64,000 bases of DNA, taken from the human T2T-CHM13v2.0 reference genome, Homo sapiens. The stretch's first letter is position 1. Each line of letters opens with the position of its first letter. The DNA lies in NCBI RefSeq assembly GCF_009914755.1, contig NC_060937.1, one strand, 5' to 3'. Shown piece after piece: positions 34,925 to 48,717 of the stretch. A program made the position numbers and the translations under genes. The notes beneath the pieces are model-generated. The model was not told the origin of the DNA. It saw nothing but the letters and a program-made list of their open reading frames with translations, and ran no database searches.

Positions 34925-35029
34925 TGTTAGCTGACTTTTAAAGGCTTCTTCTTGTCTGAAAATCTACACATCTTAAAATCCCACCAACAGTAACTCAATA
35001 GACCTTATGCTATACTGTAGGGAGCCTAG

Positions 35030-35194
35030 AACATGGCCACTCAAAATTTACATTCCAGATGGCAGCATCAGCATCACCTGGGAGCTTGTTAGAAATGCAG
35101 ACCCTTGGGCCTTACCCCAGACCTCCCGAGTCAGAGTCAGCCTTTGTACAAGCTCCCAGGTGACTCATATGATGCCGACGCCTGAGAAGCACTG
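35030..35194. mobile_element. MER5A-like MITE
   Basis: cagcatcagcatcacctgggagcttgttagaaatgcaga...gagaagcactg. Confidence 0.8.
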
Positions 35195-36289
35195 CCCAAG
35201 AACACAGTGTGGCTGTGTATGATATAAGAGGAATCAGGGATTTTTTTCTTCAATTTTTGATTCCAGAATGATCCCACCCTGGCATTGTTGCACTTTCTAC
35301 TATTAAAAAGCAAGACCAAACTGTGCAGTTCTGATGGTGCAGGTCACGAGTGTATGGCCCTTCTTAACCCTGACATGCGAGATGGATGTTTCTCTAGGGT
35401 TGAATCAGATCAATCCATATGTCTATATCTTTTTCTATCTATTTCTCTTCTCTCTGCTCCAAAAATAAATGTGGCCAGTGGCTGTACCTTCTGTTTCTTT
35501 CCGGAAAAAAAAGGGAACAGATTCCCATGTTGCTTTTCAGTGATCCATCTGACACAGTGCTTTATTTCTTAGTTGCTGTGTGTAAACTGCTTGTAGGCAA
35601 TTCTCTTCTTAACCTCCAACTGGGGCTTTGTGGAGCTGAGGTGGTTATTATCTCAGCAAGTTAGTGACATCAATCCATCCTTTCTCCTGTGGGACTGTAT
35701 GCCTTTAATGAGCACACTCCCCGAGTGTCCACTTCTGAGCCTCTGGGGCAGGGGCAGTAGCCAAGGATGAGACCTACCCACCCCGCTCTGCACAGGAACC
35801 TTTGAATCAATGACACCTGTTCACTACACCCTTCATCTGATCATTAGCCTTGAAACATACTCTTGGCTCAGGTAGATTTCTGGAAATGACAATAGTGCAC
35901 AAGATACTAATCCTGATAGACACATTCACCTTGAATATGGGGCTGGCTGCTTATTATTGTGTTCCCTCATGGCAAATCTTGCTTTTAGTGGCTTACTGAA
36001 CTCATCCCCTATTCAGTCTAAGTTGTCTTTTAATGATGTGAACATTATCTTTGTTTATGCTTATTTGCATTACTTACAGCACTCAGGTAGCAGGAACTTC
36101 AGACTAAAATGCATAGTTTCTCACCATTCCTTAGCAGGACCAAAAAGAAGGAAGTGGGAGGGGGGCATCCACATGTAAAATGAAATTCAGCATTAGTCAA
36201 AAATCTCAGTCTATTGCCTGTGATGCTCTCATGGAGTGACTTCAGGGACAGGGGAAATGAGGACATGTGCAGAGGATGTGGTGTTTGAC

Positions 36290-36732
36290 TGGCCAACATC
36301 CATTCTTGTCCCTTTGATTAGAGTAAGCCTATTGCAATTATTCTGTTCCCTTGCTCGTGGTTGGTTCTGGAAGGACACGTGATGAAATGAGGAATGCAGG
36401 GATGTCTCAGGGTAAAGTGAAGGCGGGAAGATTCTGAGAGAGGTATCTATTTCTAAGAAAAGGTGCTTCCTTTTTCCCCTTAACCTTGTTAGATTGGGGA
36501 GTGATGCCTGGAGTTCTTCTGTCATATTGCTACAAGCCTGAGAATGAAACCAGCACTGAGGGGTGCAGAGGAAAGAGACAGAAGGACCTGGGACCCGCTG
36601 ACATTGCTGAGCTGGGGGATCAACAAACCCTGAGATCCTGATCCGTTTTGTGAGGCAGTTAATTTCCTTATTGTTTAAGTCAGTGTCAGTTAGGATTTTT
36701 GTTTCCAGTAGCCAAAAGCATCCTAAGAGACA
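36290..36732 (+). mobile_element. Old MLT1-type LTR
   Basis: tgtttccagtagccaaaagcatcctaagagacaca 3' end. Confidence 0.6.
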
Positions 36733-36948
36733 CAGTTTCCCAATATTTTAGTCCTTTGGGTTTATTTAGCTTACAATGCTGTAAGTTCATGGAAGAAAAC
36801 AGATCTATAGTCCAAAGTGCACTATACAAACACATTCCAAAGCTGTATATAAATTAAATATAACTTTTAATGTTTACTTACATTGTAGCTGACCTACCCC
36901 CATGACTTTTTTTTTTTTTCTAACACTGATAATTAAAAGCTGGCTATT

Positions 36949-37470
<522 letters not shown>

Positions 37471-38519
37471 TTAAAATGAAGTGCTAATTATTTTCTGAAT
37501 AATTGATTCATGTATATGGTACCTAATTTAAAGCCACAAAAGGGTATACAGTAAAAAGAAAATCTTCTTATCCCTGGCTCCAGTCACGCAGTTCCCTTTC
37601 CTCGAGGCAATCACTGATACTGTTTATGAAAGGAAAACCTATCTCCTCAATCCACTCAGGCCTTGGGTCAACCCAGGACATTGGCGTAGCGGGGACCTAT
37701 GATATTCTGGAGAAGTTGGATTGGGCCATAGACCAAGACTCACTAAAATAGTGCTCTGGTCCTGTCTTGAGAGAACAGCTGAGCCACTGCCCTTAAGGAG
37801 TTCATCTGGATCTCTTAGGCCTCTGTAGCCTCACCTGTGGAACGGGGATAATAAAGCCTAATTTACTCTTCTCATGAGGTTAGATTTTAGATGTGATGTA
37901 ACAGTAAAAGTTCTCTGGAAAAATGAAAAACAATAGCAGTTGCATGCAGACCAATGAAACTAGTTTACCTCATTATGGTCCAAAAATGGAATAAATATTT
38001 TCTTTCACATATTTAGAATTCTGTTTAATGTTTCAATAATTTCTGCCTGAGCTAAGATATAAATGTAAAAATAAAGGATTATGGAACCTATTGTCACTAG
38101 GCTGTAATTAGTTGGCTCCACTATTTTTGACCCCTTCTGAGGTACAGGAAGCTTTAGGATTTAGGTAGATTGTTTTTCCACCCTAGGCACTGAATGTTTT
38201 TGCTGACACTTCAGTGCAGGGGTAAAAAATGGAGAAGCAGGACCCAGTTTGCACAATTCCTAGCTGGTGACCGTTGTGGGTTCCAGAATAGTATGGTGGC
38301 CATGGTGGGTCAACCTGATGGGGAGGGTAAGCTCCTGCAGTCAGTTCCCTGGTCCTGGACTCTGGGGTGCCTTTCCAGGTGTGTAGGCAGTGCATGTATG
38401 CCTGGCAGTGCGCTGGGGTCAGCAAAGCAGGCAACACTCAGAGGCAAGGTGGTGGCATCAGGACTCCTCATGCTAGGCCTGAATTCTTACTAAAGGAGCA
38501 AGCCATCATTGCAGAGGAA

Positions 38520-39250
38520 TTACAACCCGGCCTCTGTTTAAACAGGGGGCTTTTAGGACTACACTGAGCTGCAGGCAGAGCTGTGGGCAGCTGAGTGGGA
38601 AAGCACCCAGCGCCTCCAGGGCTTAGCTTGGTTGGGTAAATGAGGGTTGACTAGCTGGGAAAAAGCCAGCATTGTGAGGGGCCAACTGTAGGCTGCTGCG
38701 GGAGACCCACGAGTGGAACGGGATCCTGTCGGAACGGTGTGTGTATTTATTCTGGCAGCTTCCTTCGTAAAGCCATGCTAAGCCCCATCTGGGATACTGT
38801 CAGGTATGAAAGGGCGCTTCATCTTCTGCAAGGCGCCTTTCAGTGGCCTCCAGGCATTTGCGGTTAATCTGTTTAGATTGCGAGCTGGGCAGAGACACTG
38901 CCCCTTTGTGGAGGGCTGCTGTGGCTGAGAGAGGCTCTGATTCTTTTCTGTTTTATTTCTTTTTTTCCCCCTGAAAACCAGGCCTCTCTGAATTAGGACT
39001 GAAGCTACTGCCCTAGGATTGGGCCAAGAATTTGTGGTAGCCATGGCAACAGCACCTTCTCCTACCTGAGCAGGATTTTCTTCAGCGTTCAGGTGCGTTC
39101 TGCACTCCCACCCCAGGTCTCTGTGGGTGAGCCCCTGTGTGCTCAGGTGGTCACTTCTGGAATGAGGGGTGCCACTGTCCCCACTGACAGTGTTATTCCT
39201 GTTGCTTCCTACTGTCCCCTGCCCAGGTCCAACCCCAACGGATTTGTGAA
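38520..39250 (+). promoter_or_regulatory. Putative non-CpG-island promoter / first exon region
   Basis: Repeat-free, locally CpG-enriched; donor CAG|GTATGA after 38803; X-box 39037-39050. Confidence 0.35.
39037..39050. promoter_or_regulatory. RFX X-box motif
   Basis: GTAGCCATGGCAAC, one mismatch from GTTGCCATGGCAAC. Confidence 0.55.
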
Positions 39251-39369
39251 TTTGGCAAAATTGGGTTTTGATTCTTTACCACCTGTATCACATTTTTCCT
39301 TTCCATTTCAAGGAAAACTCGCAAAGTGGTTAGGAAATCAGGAAGCAATTAGGTACAAGGCTCTGGAAT

Positions 39370-39600
39370 GAAGGTTTCTGAGTTTGACTGGGAGCTTCTA
39401 CATTGCCCAAGTACAGTACATGGCTTTGGGCAAGGTGCTTAGTCCCTCAGTTTTCTGATCTATAAAAGGGATGAACAGTGCTTTCCTCCTAGGACTCAGG
39501 GAGAATGAAATCAGGATAATGTGTGCAAAGTTTTGGCATGCAGCCTGGCCAATAGTAAGAACTCACAAATAGGATATTAGCTATTGTTAGTGTTAGAAGC
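39370..39600 (+). mobile_element. MIR
   Basis: ctttgggcaaggtgcttagtccctcagttttctgatctataaaaggg. Confidence 0.7.
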
Positions 39601-40519
39601 TATGCACAACTGTTTTATGCTGAAGCAATAAAGGAGGCAGCCGGCAGAGGCAGATACCTGAAGCCTTATGGCTTAGTCCGTCCTATCCATGTGATGGGCA
39701 TACCCAGCTCCTTCTAACTCTCACTGCGGTTTCTAGCCTATTTCTGGTTACTGGGTCATCAGCTGCTCTCACACCTGCGTTGCAGCCCACAGTCTCCATG
39801 CCTCCATCTTGGTTTGACTTAAGCTGGTTAACTGCAGCTGTTTCCTGAATTCACCCTTACCTCTTTTTCTAAAAATTATTAATCAGATTCAGAGTGGTTG
39901 TTGCTTAGTTTTGTCATGTTACTTTCCAAATCTATTCTTATATATATACTATATACACAAGCATTATCTGTGGAGGATGACTTCATAGCAACATTCTCAA
40001 CCCTGTGGGTAATCATTGTTTGCTTATTTTTGTTCTAATTTGTTCTATGGGTTGAACCCAGTCTTCTCTGGGTTGGGTTCTGGTTGAAGAAGTTATCAGT
40101 GGGATTAGGGATGGGGCTGATTGACTCAGTGGCAGAAGTCATGATATCTTTCATCACTGAAGGCTTTCAGCAGTCAGGAACTGTGTCCAGTTTATGCCTT
40201 TCTCACTGCTTTATATGTTCTCCTTTTAAGATTAACTCAAAGGAGTGACAAACTTTGAATCACCAAATTCTTTCCTGCTGCCAGTGAGAGTTAAGGATAA
40301 TTACACAGACATTTGACATTTGCTTCAGAGAAGGAAATGTTCAACGTTAATAGTTAAATGAACCTTTTATTTTCTTCCTTGAATCTTGCTGTGTTTCATG
40401 AAAGGAACCCACATGGTGATGGCTTATACATTTATGAATTATATTCTAAGAACAAATACATACTTCATTTCTCTGTAAGGGGAAGATCATCTAGAGGATA
40501 TGAAGATGATGCAGATGCA

Positions 40520-40680
40520 GGCTGGGGAAGGGTTTAGGTCGTCTCACCTGGAAAAAGGGGTAAATAACAGGATGCCTCAGAGGGTGTTAAGGGGATGAAA
40601 TTACTTAATACACAAAAAGCACTTATCAGTGTGCCTTGCACATAGCAAGTGCTCAGTAAATGGTGGTGGTTATTTACACA
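40520..40680 (+). mobile_element. MIR
   Basis: cacctggaaaaaggggtaaataac...catagcaagtgctcagtaaat. Confidence 0.65.
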
Positions 40681-41185
40681 GGTGCGTTCCTCCATCTGAG
40701 TCCTCATGCTATTGGCCACTTATACCCTGAATTGCACTTTATTTTTATGGCCAGTAGCCAAGCAAAGAGACTGTTGACACTTAGCTGGAAAATACAATTA
40801 TCTGTAAAAGATGTGTGGCCATTCTGGGGTTTATAAGGAGGATGTGTGCAAGATGCCTAGAATTACAATTTGCTGAGTCAAATAATGGCTGAGCCAGCAA
40901 GGGTCTTTGACACCATTTAGTGAATTGTTTTATAAATGAAGGTTCAAGAAAGTGAAGCAAAAGACCCAAGATTTTCCAGCAAGTAATGGCATACCACAGT
41001 AGAAACTGGCTCTTCAGACTCCCAGACCAGTGTCTACCCTATTCTACAAGGGTACCATTCTCAACACTGGGCCAATATCATGGGCATGAGCCAGAGGAGG
41101 TGGTGTGGGGTGGGGGGATGGGGACACAGTCCCTAATATTACTTCCACCCTAGGCCAAAGAAGAGAAGGAATGCTGTTTCTCTAG

Positions 41186-41540
<355 letters not shown>

Positions 41541-42446
41541 TGAGAATGAGGAATACTTTCTTACATTGATAAATTTCATTGATCTTTCTCCCCATTTCCA
41601 GCATGATATAGCAGCTATTGACTTGATATTCAACGTTAGAGAAAATGTACAATAATACAATACTAGCCACTGTAAACTTGCCAGCACTTTACAATGAAGA
41701 TGTACATGCATTTCAAAAGTGGTTTACCTATATTATTTATTCAGACTACCAATGATGCTTGGATGGCATTTAGATTTGTGAGCAGCTTGCAATAACGTCA
41801 CCACCTCACTAGATGACTTTCCCATCCACTGCCATGAAGGGCTGTTGGTTTCCTTTACTTTCTGAGAGTTACGAAAGGGGGATAATAACATAGGGATAGT
41901 GTAGCAAAAATAAAGAGGAGCAGAAGGCTAAATCATTCTGGTCCTTTTTCTAAAATGGTCCAAGGCTAAGCTGTCAGCTACGAGGAACGAGGCTTGAGTA
42001 GAAAAAAAAAAATATGAAAACAAAGCTCTTTCTTGTTCTTTCATATAAATGCAATGGTGAACTGATACCCAATTTGGAATGTTGGCTGAAATAGTCTGAG
42101 AGCCAAAGTATTTGGGGGCAGTTATGGTTCATTAACTGCAGTGGAAAACACAGAGAGACAGTCAAAGCTGAAGGTTCAGCAGCCAGGCCTGTGCATTTTC
42201 TGATATGAGATACGTGTAACAGAAACAGATTCTATTTACTGCAAAATTCGGACTCCATTTTGTCTATCCCAGGGAAGAGCTGGGAGGTGTGGAGAGAGGG
42301 GTTTCTGAGAGGCATAGACATTGGCTCCTTGAAGTAGTTTTGGGGCTGGTCTGGGCCTGTGGACAAGGACTACTGAGTAAATAGAGTAAGAACTCCCCAC
42401 TGCTGGGTGAGCCTCTGTGCTGGAGTCTCTTGAGAAGATGGTGGGT

Positions 42447-42763
42447 GGGACTTCCGGTTACTGCAGCGTGAGAGGTCAGTGATTCCTCTTCACAAAACAA
42501 GCAGAAAACTGGAATAAAATTGTCAAGAATAACCATTTCAAAGCACTGTAAATTGACCAAAGGCAGACAGCAAATTGTGAAGCTTTTATTCCTGAAAAAC
42601 TGCTGGAGCTTCGGGTAAGAACAGCAGGAGTCTTTGGCCTTCTTGCCTGGAGCTGCTCCATCTTCTCCCACAAGCCCAGCTGGCCAGAACTGGACCTTTA
42701 AAAGCGCAGGGCTGGCCATGAAAATGAGCAATTTGCTGCCAGGAGGGATGGACTCACTTCGCG

Positions 42764-42798
<35 letters not shown>

Positions 42799-43130
42799 CC
42801 TGTGGCTTTGCTAGCTAAATGTGGAAGACTCAATTGGGAAAGAATGAGGAAAATCTGTGACTTTGCTAGCCCAAGATTGTGTTCTTAGTTGGGGTGGGCT
42901 GTGGACCAGCAGAAAATTTAATGGGGAGATGCCGGAAATAAAAGAGTGCCACAAAAGAGCAGAGATAAATCCTCCACATATTCCTGGTTGACTGGAAGAT
43001 TGTGTTGCATAGGGGAGACCCAAGAGGGCCCAGGGAGACTGAAAACCAAGAAGAACTGAGAACTGGCTGCAACTTTCAATGTGTTCCCCAACTTTCACAC
43101 AGACCAAATTGGTAGAGGGATGGAGACCTC
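42447..43130 (+). mobile_element. Ancient L1M 5' UTR fragment with internal (TG)n
   Basis: gggacttccgg start; aaaattgtcaagaataaccatttcaaagcactg is typical of old L1 5' ends. Confidence 0.65.
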
Positions 43131-43259
43131 ATCAGGTGACCCCAGTGCGCTTTCCACTGAACCATATGTCAAAGACACTGGAGAAACGTGAGGCCATGAA
43201 GTGATACTGGATTCCAGTTGAGTGACATGTTATTTTGTGTGCTTCCAAGCTATATTGTT

Positions 43260-43560
43260 GCGGCAGTGTGGCTTAGTAGGAACACAGGTTTGCATCAGAC
43301 AGAATGGGGTTTTAATCCCAGCTCTCTCTCTTACTATTTGTGTGAATTTGACAAGTTATGCAACTTCTCTGTATCTTAGTCAATCCTTGTAAAATTCCAG
43401 TGAAGTAGGCATTATTACTGTCCTCATGTTCTAAAATGCAGTGGCATGGAGACTTTTTAATCTGTAAAATCTTTTTTTTGGGTGAGGACTAAAAATTATA
43501 ATTGCTATAAAGGATATACCACATGGTAGGTGCTTAATAAATAGTTTTTTAAGTTTGTTA
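43260..43560. mobile_element. MIR fragments
   Basis: ggttttaatcccagctct...gacaagttatgcaacttctctg. Confidence 0.6.
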
Positions 43561-43701
43561 TTGTTGTTATTGCTGATGATGCAGAAAAAGAACTAGAGCC
43601 AAGTTGATAAACCCAGAGAGATTATCCCCCCAGAGAGTCACCAAGAAAATCATAAGATGCTGGCATTAATGCTATAGTGGGTGAGACCTCTACATGAGCT
43701 C

Positions 43702-44270
43702 TGTATTGGTTTTTTATTGCTGCTGTAACCAATCATCACAAATTTAGTGGCTTAAAACAACACAAAGTTTCATTTCATAGCTCTGTGGGTGAGAAGTTTA
43801 AGTAGAGTGTGTGGCCTTATTGAGCTCTCTGCTTCGAGGGTAAAATTAAGATGTCCAGGCTGGGTTCCTTTCTGGAATTTCCACGTCTGAACCCAGCTCT
43901 AGGCTCGTTCAGGTTGTTGGCTAAATCAAGTTCCTTGCAGTTGTGTGATGGGGTCCCTGGTTTCCTGCTGGCCTGTCAGAGGCTTATCCTTGTTCCTCAG
44001 TGCTACTTGAATTCCTTCTTGTATTTTCCATGTGGCCCTTCTCCAGCAGCAGGGCATCTTGTTCCTCTCATGCTCAGGATTTCTCCAACTTTTCCTTGTC
44101 CTGAATCTCCCTGACTCATGTGGGCCCACTGGATAAACCAGGCTAATTGCTGTATTTTATAGTCCATGAGCTGAATCACAGCTGCAAAGGCCCCTATTCA
44201 TAGGTTCTGGGAATTAGGGCATGGACCTTTTTGTGGAGCAGGCGGGGGAGTACATTCTGCCTATGACGAC
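43702..44270 (-). mobile_element. MLT1-type LTR (MLT1D/E-like)
   Basis: tgtattggtttttt attgctgctgtaaccaatcatcacaaatttagtggcttaaaacaacac start. Confidence 0.8.
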
Positions 44271-46230
44271 CTCTGAAGGAAGAACAGGTTATAGGCCAGT
44301 TCTTGGGATAGGAAGACACATTCAGATGAAACCAGGAGCGTCTAGACTTTAGGGAATGTGAAAATGGGTAGATTTGTGTCAGTGAGGCTGTCTCTAATGG
44401 AGATCTGTTATTTTTGTCCACTCAACATTCCTTTCTTTGGGAGAGATAACCTTTCTTCATTCTTTGTGGGTTTTATGGGGCTGCCAAATACAGGATTCCA
44501 TCTACTTGGTGCAGGGATAGACTCATGGCCTCAAATGGGCCAATTATATCACCATCACCTCTCCCAGGAATCCGCTCTTGAGTGGAGACACGCAGGCACT
44601 GGAGGTGATTGCAGTGGAATGATGGTATGTCAGCATCCTAGAGAGGGGTCCGTGAGTCCTGTTTTTGAGTTCATGGGAGCAGCCTTCACTTAGTTCTTTC
44701 TGGGACCTGGTTGTTCAACTCTTCCTTAAACACTGGTACCCACTTAGAATTCTTCCCATAAATACCCTTTCTGGCTCAAGTTACCAGAGTTGGTTTCTGT
44801 TGCTCACACCAAGAATCCTAACTGATGCCTCTCCCTGCCATGGCCACCACCCTCATTACACAAAAGAGCATTTATTCAAGTCTCCTTGCTCACAGCCATG
44901 CTGGGAATGAATTACTGACATGGTTTTTGATCTCTGTAATGGAGCTTCTTACCTTGAGCCATGTCTTTTTAACACTTCCTTCATTAACCCTGATAGGGTT
45001 AATCCTGAGCAGACTTACAGAAAGTAGTTAATAACATGTAATGCTTCAAAAATCAGGTTCCATTAAAAGCATCAGCCAGACAGGCAGAAATCACCACTAC
45101 TTAGCCTTTTATTACACACTGTATGTGAATTACAAACGCACAATATAATGCTCATTCAAGACGATGGCCTGAATCATAAAATTTCAAGTATGAAATGTCC
45201 TCTGTTTATTTCAGCAGGAAAGCATGTAGTACGACCAGGCTCCTTGTTTATTTTTTATGATTCAGTGCTTTAAGGAGTAAGCCCAAATTACATGGCACTT
45301 TCACTCCTCCCGCGTGTCTCATCCCCTGACAAGGAAGGGATCAAAGAGGTGTTACAGTAGGGAGGAATTAAGATTCAGATTGCGAACAAGGCATCAACCA
45401 TTGTATTTCTGGCATGATGAGCTGAAGGAGTATTCTGAGTGACTCACATTTATTCAAAGGAAGGTTGAAGCGGGTCACCACTCCTCTTGCCCTGGCTCTG
45501 ACCATGATTCTTGAAGAAGGGAGTGTTTCAGGATCTGTTCTGATCACTTAAAAGGCAGGGACTCCAGATGGGCAAGAAAGTGGCCCTTGCGTGGTGCTCT
45601 TGGGAAAAGCTTTGATGTGAGGAGTACACTATTCATTTTGATCCTTTCTGAAGAGAGTTACAGCAAATTTAGTTCCACTCAACCTCTCACAAGGTCACAC
45701 ATCCAGTTGGTTCTCGGTAAAGATTAAGATGTAATGAGTCTGCCTGCTGAGGTATCCACCATAGACCCCCTCACTATGTCTCTTCATACCCCAGGAGCCC
45801 AATTTCTCTAAAGAAGAAATTTGCAGAAACAATTCGCTCCCTCAGCCTAATTTCCCTCTTAGGCAGGAGAACAATCTCTCAAAGACAATTCTGTCAAATA
45901 ATAATAGTAATACAGGCACCACAACCACCTCCTGTTTTTATACCACACTGCCCTTCCAGGGGGACAGAATGCTTTGAAGATCCTCTCTCCTTCCAGAAGA
46001 CAAGGAGCTATCGCTCCCTCTTGAACTCCCAGGAGGCTGGGTGGTGATCAGCCTGAAAGAATTTGTTCTTCACAAAATCACCCCTGTACCCTGTGATCTT
46101 CTCAGAGCTTGTAAATGGAGTTTTTGATGCCATAGTCTATGGAGGGTTTTTCTTCTTTCTTTTTTTCTTTTCTTCTCTCCCTCCTCCTCCCCCACTATTT
46201 TTCATTTCTTTTCTTTGTTCTTTCTTTTAG

Positions 46231-46378
46231 TCGGATTGAGCAGTTAGGATGATACTGCTTATAGTCATCTGCCAAGGAGGCTTCTTTTCAAGCTTAGAAG
46301 AAGTCAGTGGTGCTTTTCCGGTCCTTGGGCCTGTCAGTGGTCCTCTAGACTCACACAGGGTAATGGGCAGCCTCCATG
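46231..46378 (+). other. Candidate internal exon (148 nt)
   Basis: ~85-nt pyrimidine tract ending ttttag, donor ATG|GTGAGT. Confidence 0.4.
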
Positions 46379-47729
46379 GTGAGTCAGCTGCCGCCTTCCA
46401 TGACTGGCTGTATTGTTTTCCTCTGCAGTGACTGGGCCAGCACTCCATCCCTTTAACACAAAGGCATTGTTATTGACTGGTTTTGAAGGAAAATTTATTT
46501 TCCTCCACCCTCCTAAACCACAACTTCAATGTCTCTTCCTCCTCCTCTTCATAATAGTCACAGTAGGATGTTCAATTATAGCTAAAAGCCCTAGATTTAA
46601 GTGACAGATTAAGAGGCTCGGCAGGTTGTTCCTCTAATGTTCATTTCACCTGTTGGTTTATTTTTTAACCTGCAGGCACTGGGTTTTAGGTAAGCCTTTT
46701 GACAAGGTGCTGTTTGCTGATGCATCCTGTGGTGGTCCGGCCCTCTCTGCAGGGCACTGGATGTGGTCTTTGGGCAAAGTCAGCTGCAGGAAGGGCACTG
46801 CCCACCACCATGGCACCTTTGATCCCTGGCCCCAGTGCCAGAGGCTCTGGCCACACAAAGTGACTGGAGGGCAGGAAGAAGCCCTCTGACACCCCCTCCT
46901 GTCCCAGCCTGGCACAGAGCCTGGCACACAGTGGGTGCTCCATACAGTCTGCAGGGTGAAAGAATGAAACGCTCTGAAGCCAAGAGGCTTAAGTGTCTGC
47001 ATTTGCTTCAGATGGAGATAAGGGGAGAACTACAAATGCTGCCCACTTCTGAAATTACAAAGGAAAAAAATGCCTTTTTTTCATTTTGGCTTCATTATGC
47101 TTTAAAGGGCATATTTCTTGCTCTCAGTAACTCAGGCCCTCTTCCTCTCCTCCCCCAAGGACTCTTCCCAGGAGTCTTTGATCCCCCTGGGGCCTCACAG
47201 GAAATTGCTCTCGGCTGCTCACCTCTTCACCTGGGACCTCCTTATAAATTGAGGGCAGGACTTTCCAGGGAACTTTATACTTTAATAAGGATGCAAGATT
47301 TCTAGATTCTAAATGAAATTTCAGTGGTGGAATTCCAGATTCCCTTTACAGGTAAAAGAGAAGCCATCTGAGAGATTTCCCCTATAGTTTCTCAAAGCCA
47401 ACTCGCACCTTCCTGTATGAGTGAGGCCGATACCTCAGACACCTAGGAGTTTCCTGGTTCACTACTGAGCAGAGACAATGAGGAATTCAGGAGCTGCTTT
47501 AGGTTGAGCTCAGCTCCTGTCTCACTTTAGGTGTTGAGCCAAAGGCACTGAACACCTCCTGCACCTTCCCAGATCTTTCATAGCCCCAGGGCCCTGTACT
47601 TCACTAGGACATTCAGGGCACTCTGGGCAACTTGTCCTGATGTCCAAAGCCCCATCAGGCGGGTGCCGTCCAGGTGCTGGAGCTGATCTGACTCTTGACT
47701 GACTAGGTTGGTGCTGTTAGGTGCTCCAG

Positions 47730-47990
47730 GCATGCCTGGAATTTCCCTTCACTGTATTTGGATTTTCTATGTGTCTTCTTCTCCCAGTGGGCTGTAAGTT
47801 CCTTGAGGGTAGGGATGGTCTTTCTTATTTTATATTCCTAGTGCCTAGTACAGTGTCCAGCCCATTATAAACAAGAATAAAAATATTGAGAAAGAGGGAG
47901 AGTGGGAGGGGAGAGAGAGAGAGAGAGAGAGAGAAGGAGAAGAAGAAAAAAAGGCAAAGGGGAGGAGGAGGAGGAGAGGAAGGAAGAAAT
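47730..47990 (+). mobile_element. L2 3' end followed by GA-rich repeat
   Basis: gctgtaagttccttgagggtaggga...cctagtgcctagtacagtg. Confidence 0.7.
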
Positions 47991-48535
47991 TGCAGATTAG
48001 CCACCTAGTTTCTGCTCTTTACAACTAGTCTAATAACTAATTGCCAACCTGGCTCTAAAAGAAAGCTAGTATCTGTACATCTCTATGGATTTGAGTTTCC
48101 ATCCTGAGGGCAATTGATTCTCTTGCTGAGAATTGGACTTGTCTTAGAGCTGTGATGGCACCATCTAATATGTAATTAAACCTAGGTTTTTTTCCTCCCA
48201 TCTCCTTGATCCTCATTGTTAGTAACTACCCCAATTTTAAGCCCCCGTTTGAAGTCGGATACTGTTGGTATTTTACATTTAGCCTTTATCAGCAACCAGT
48301 TGGTGTGTGGTAATTGCAAATTATCTGAACAAGAGGCAAATTGTATAGCGAGAATCTGAAAAGGTCAGGGGAGCCGTGTCTAGAAACGGCAGCTAGAGAA
48401 TTGAAGAAACTTGACTTGAAGAATTATTTTTAGACAATCACTAAGCCCTGCTAAATTAGACTGGAAATGCATGTGGTATTTAGTACCTGGTCCTTCTGCA
48501 ATCAGCAAACTGGGGCAGAACTTTCTCGCATGAGT

Positions 48536-48593
48536 GGTGTGTGTGTGTGTTTGTGTGTGTGTGCGCGTGCATGTTCCTGCGCGCGTGCACGTG
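48536..48593. repeat. (TG)n/(CG)n alternating tract
   Basis: Direct inspection. Confidence 0.85.
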
Positions 48594-48717
48594 AACAAGA
48601 TTCAGCCACGCTAATGGTCAGCTGCCACTCCCTGGTTGGGCCATCTGGTTGTTAGGTCCAGCATCTATTCTGAGTGGTCAGTGCTCAGGCTGTCTATATT
48701 AATTATTAAACATAATG

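Noticed and set aside
38520-39250. CpG island
   Set aside because: Only a handful of CpGs; does not look dense enough for an island, so kept only as a weak promoter candidate
42264-42833. 189-aa minus-strand ORF
   Set aside because: Antisense to an old L1 5' UTR and spans (CA)n; no coding signature
47335-47360. ttccctttacag|gtaaaa possible recursive splice site
   Set aside because: Short pyrimidine tract, an AG just upstream and a weak donor
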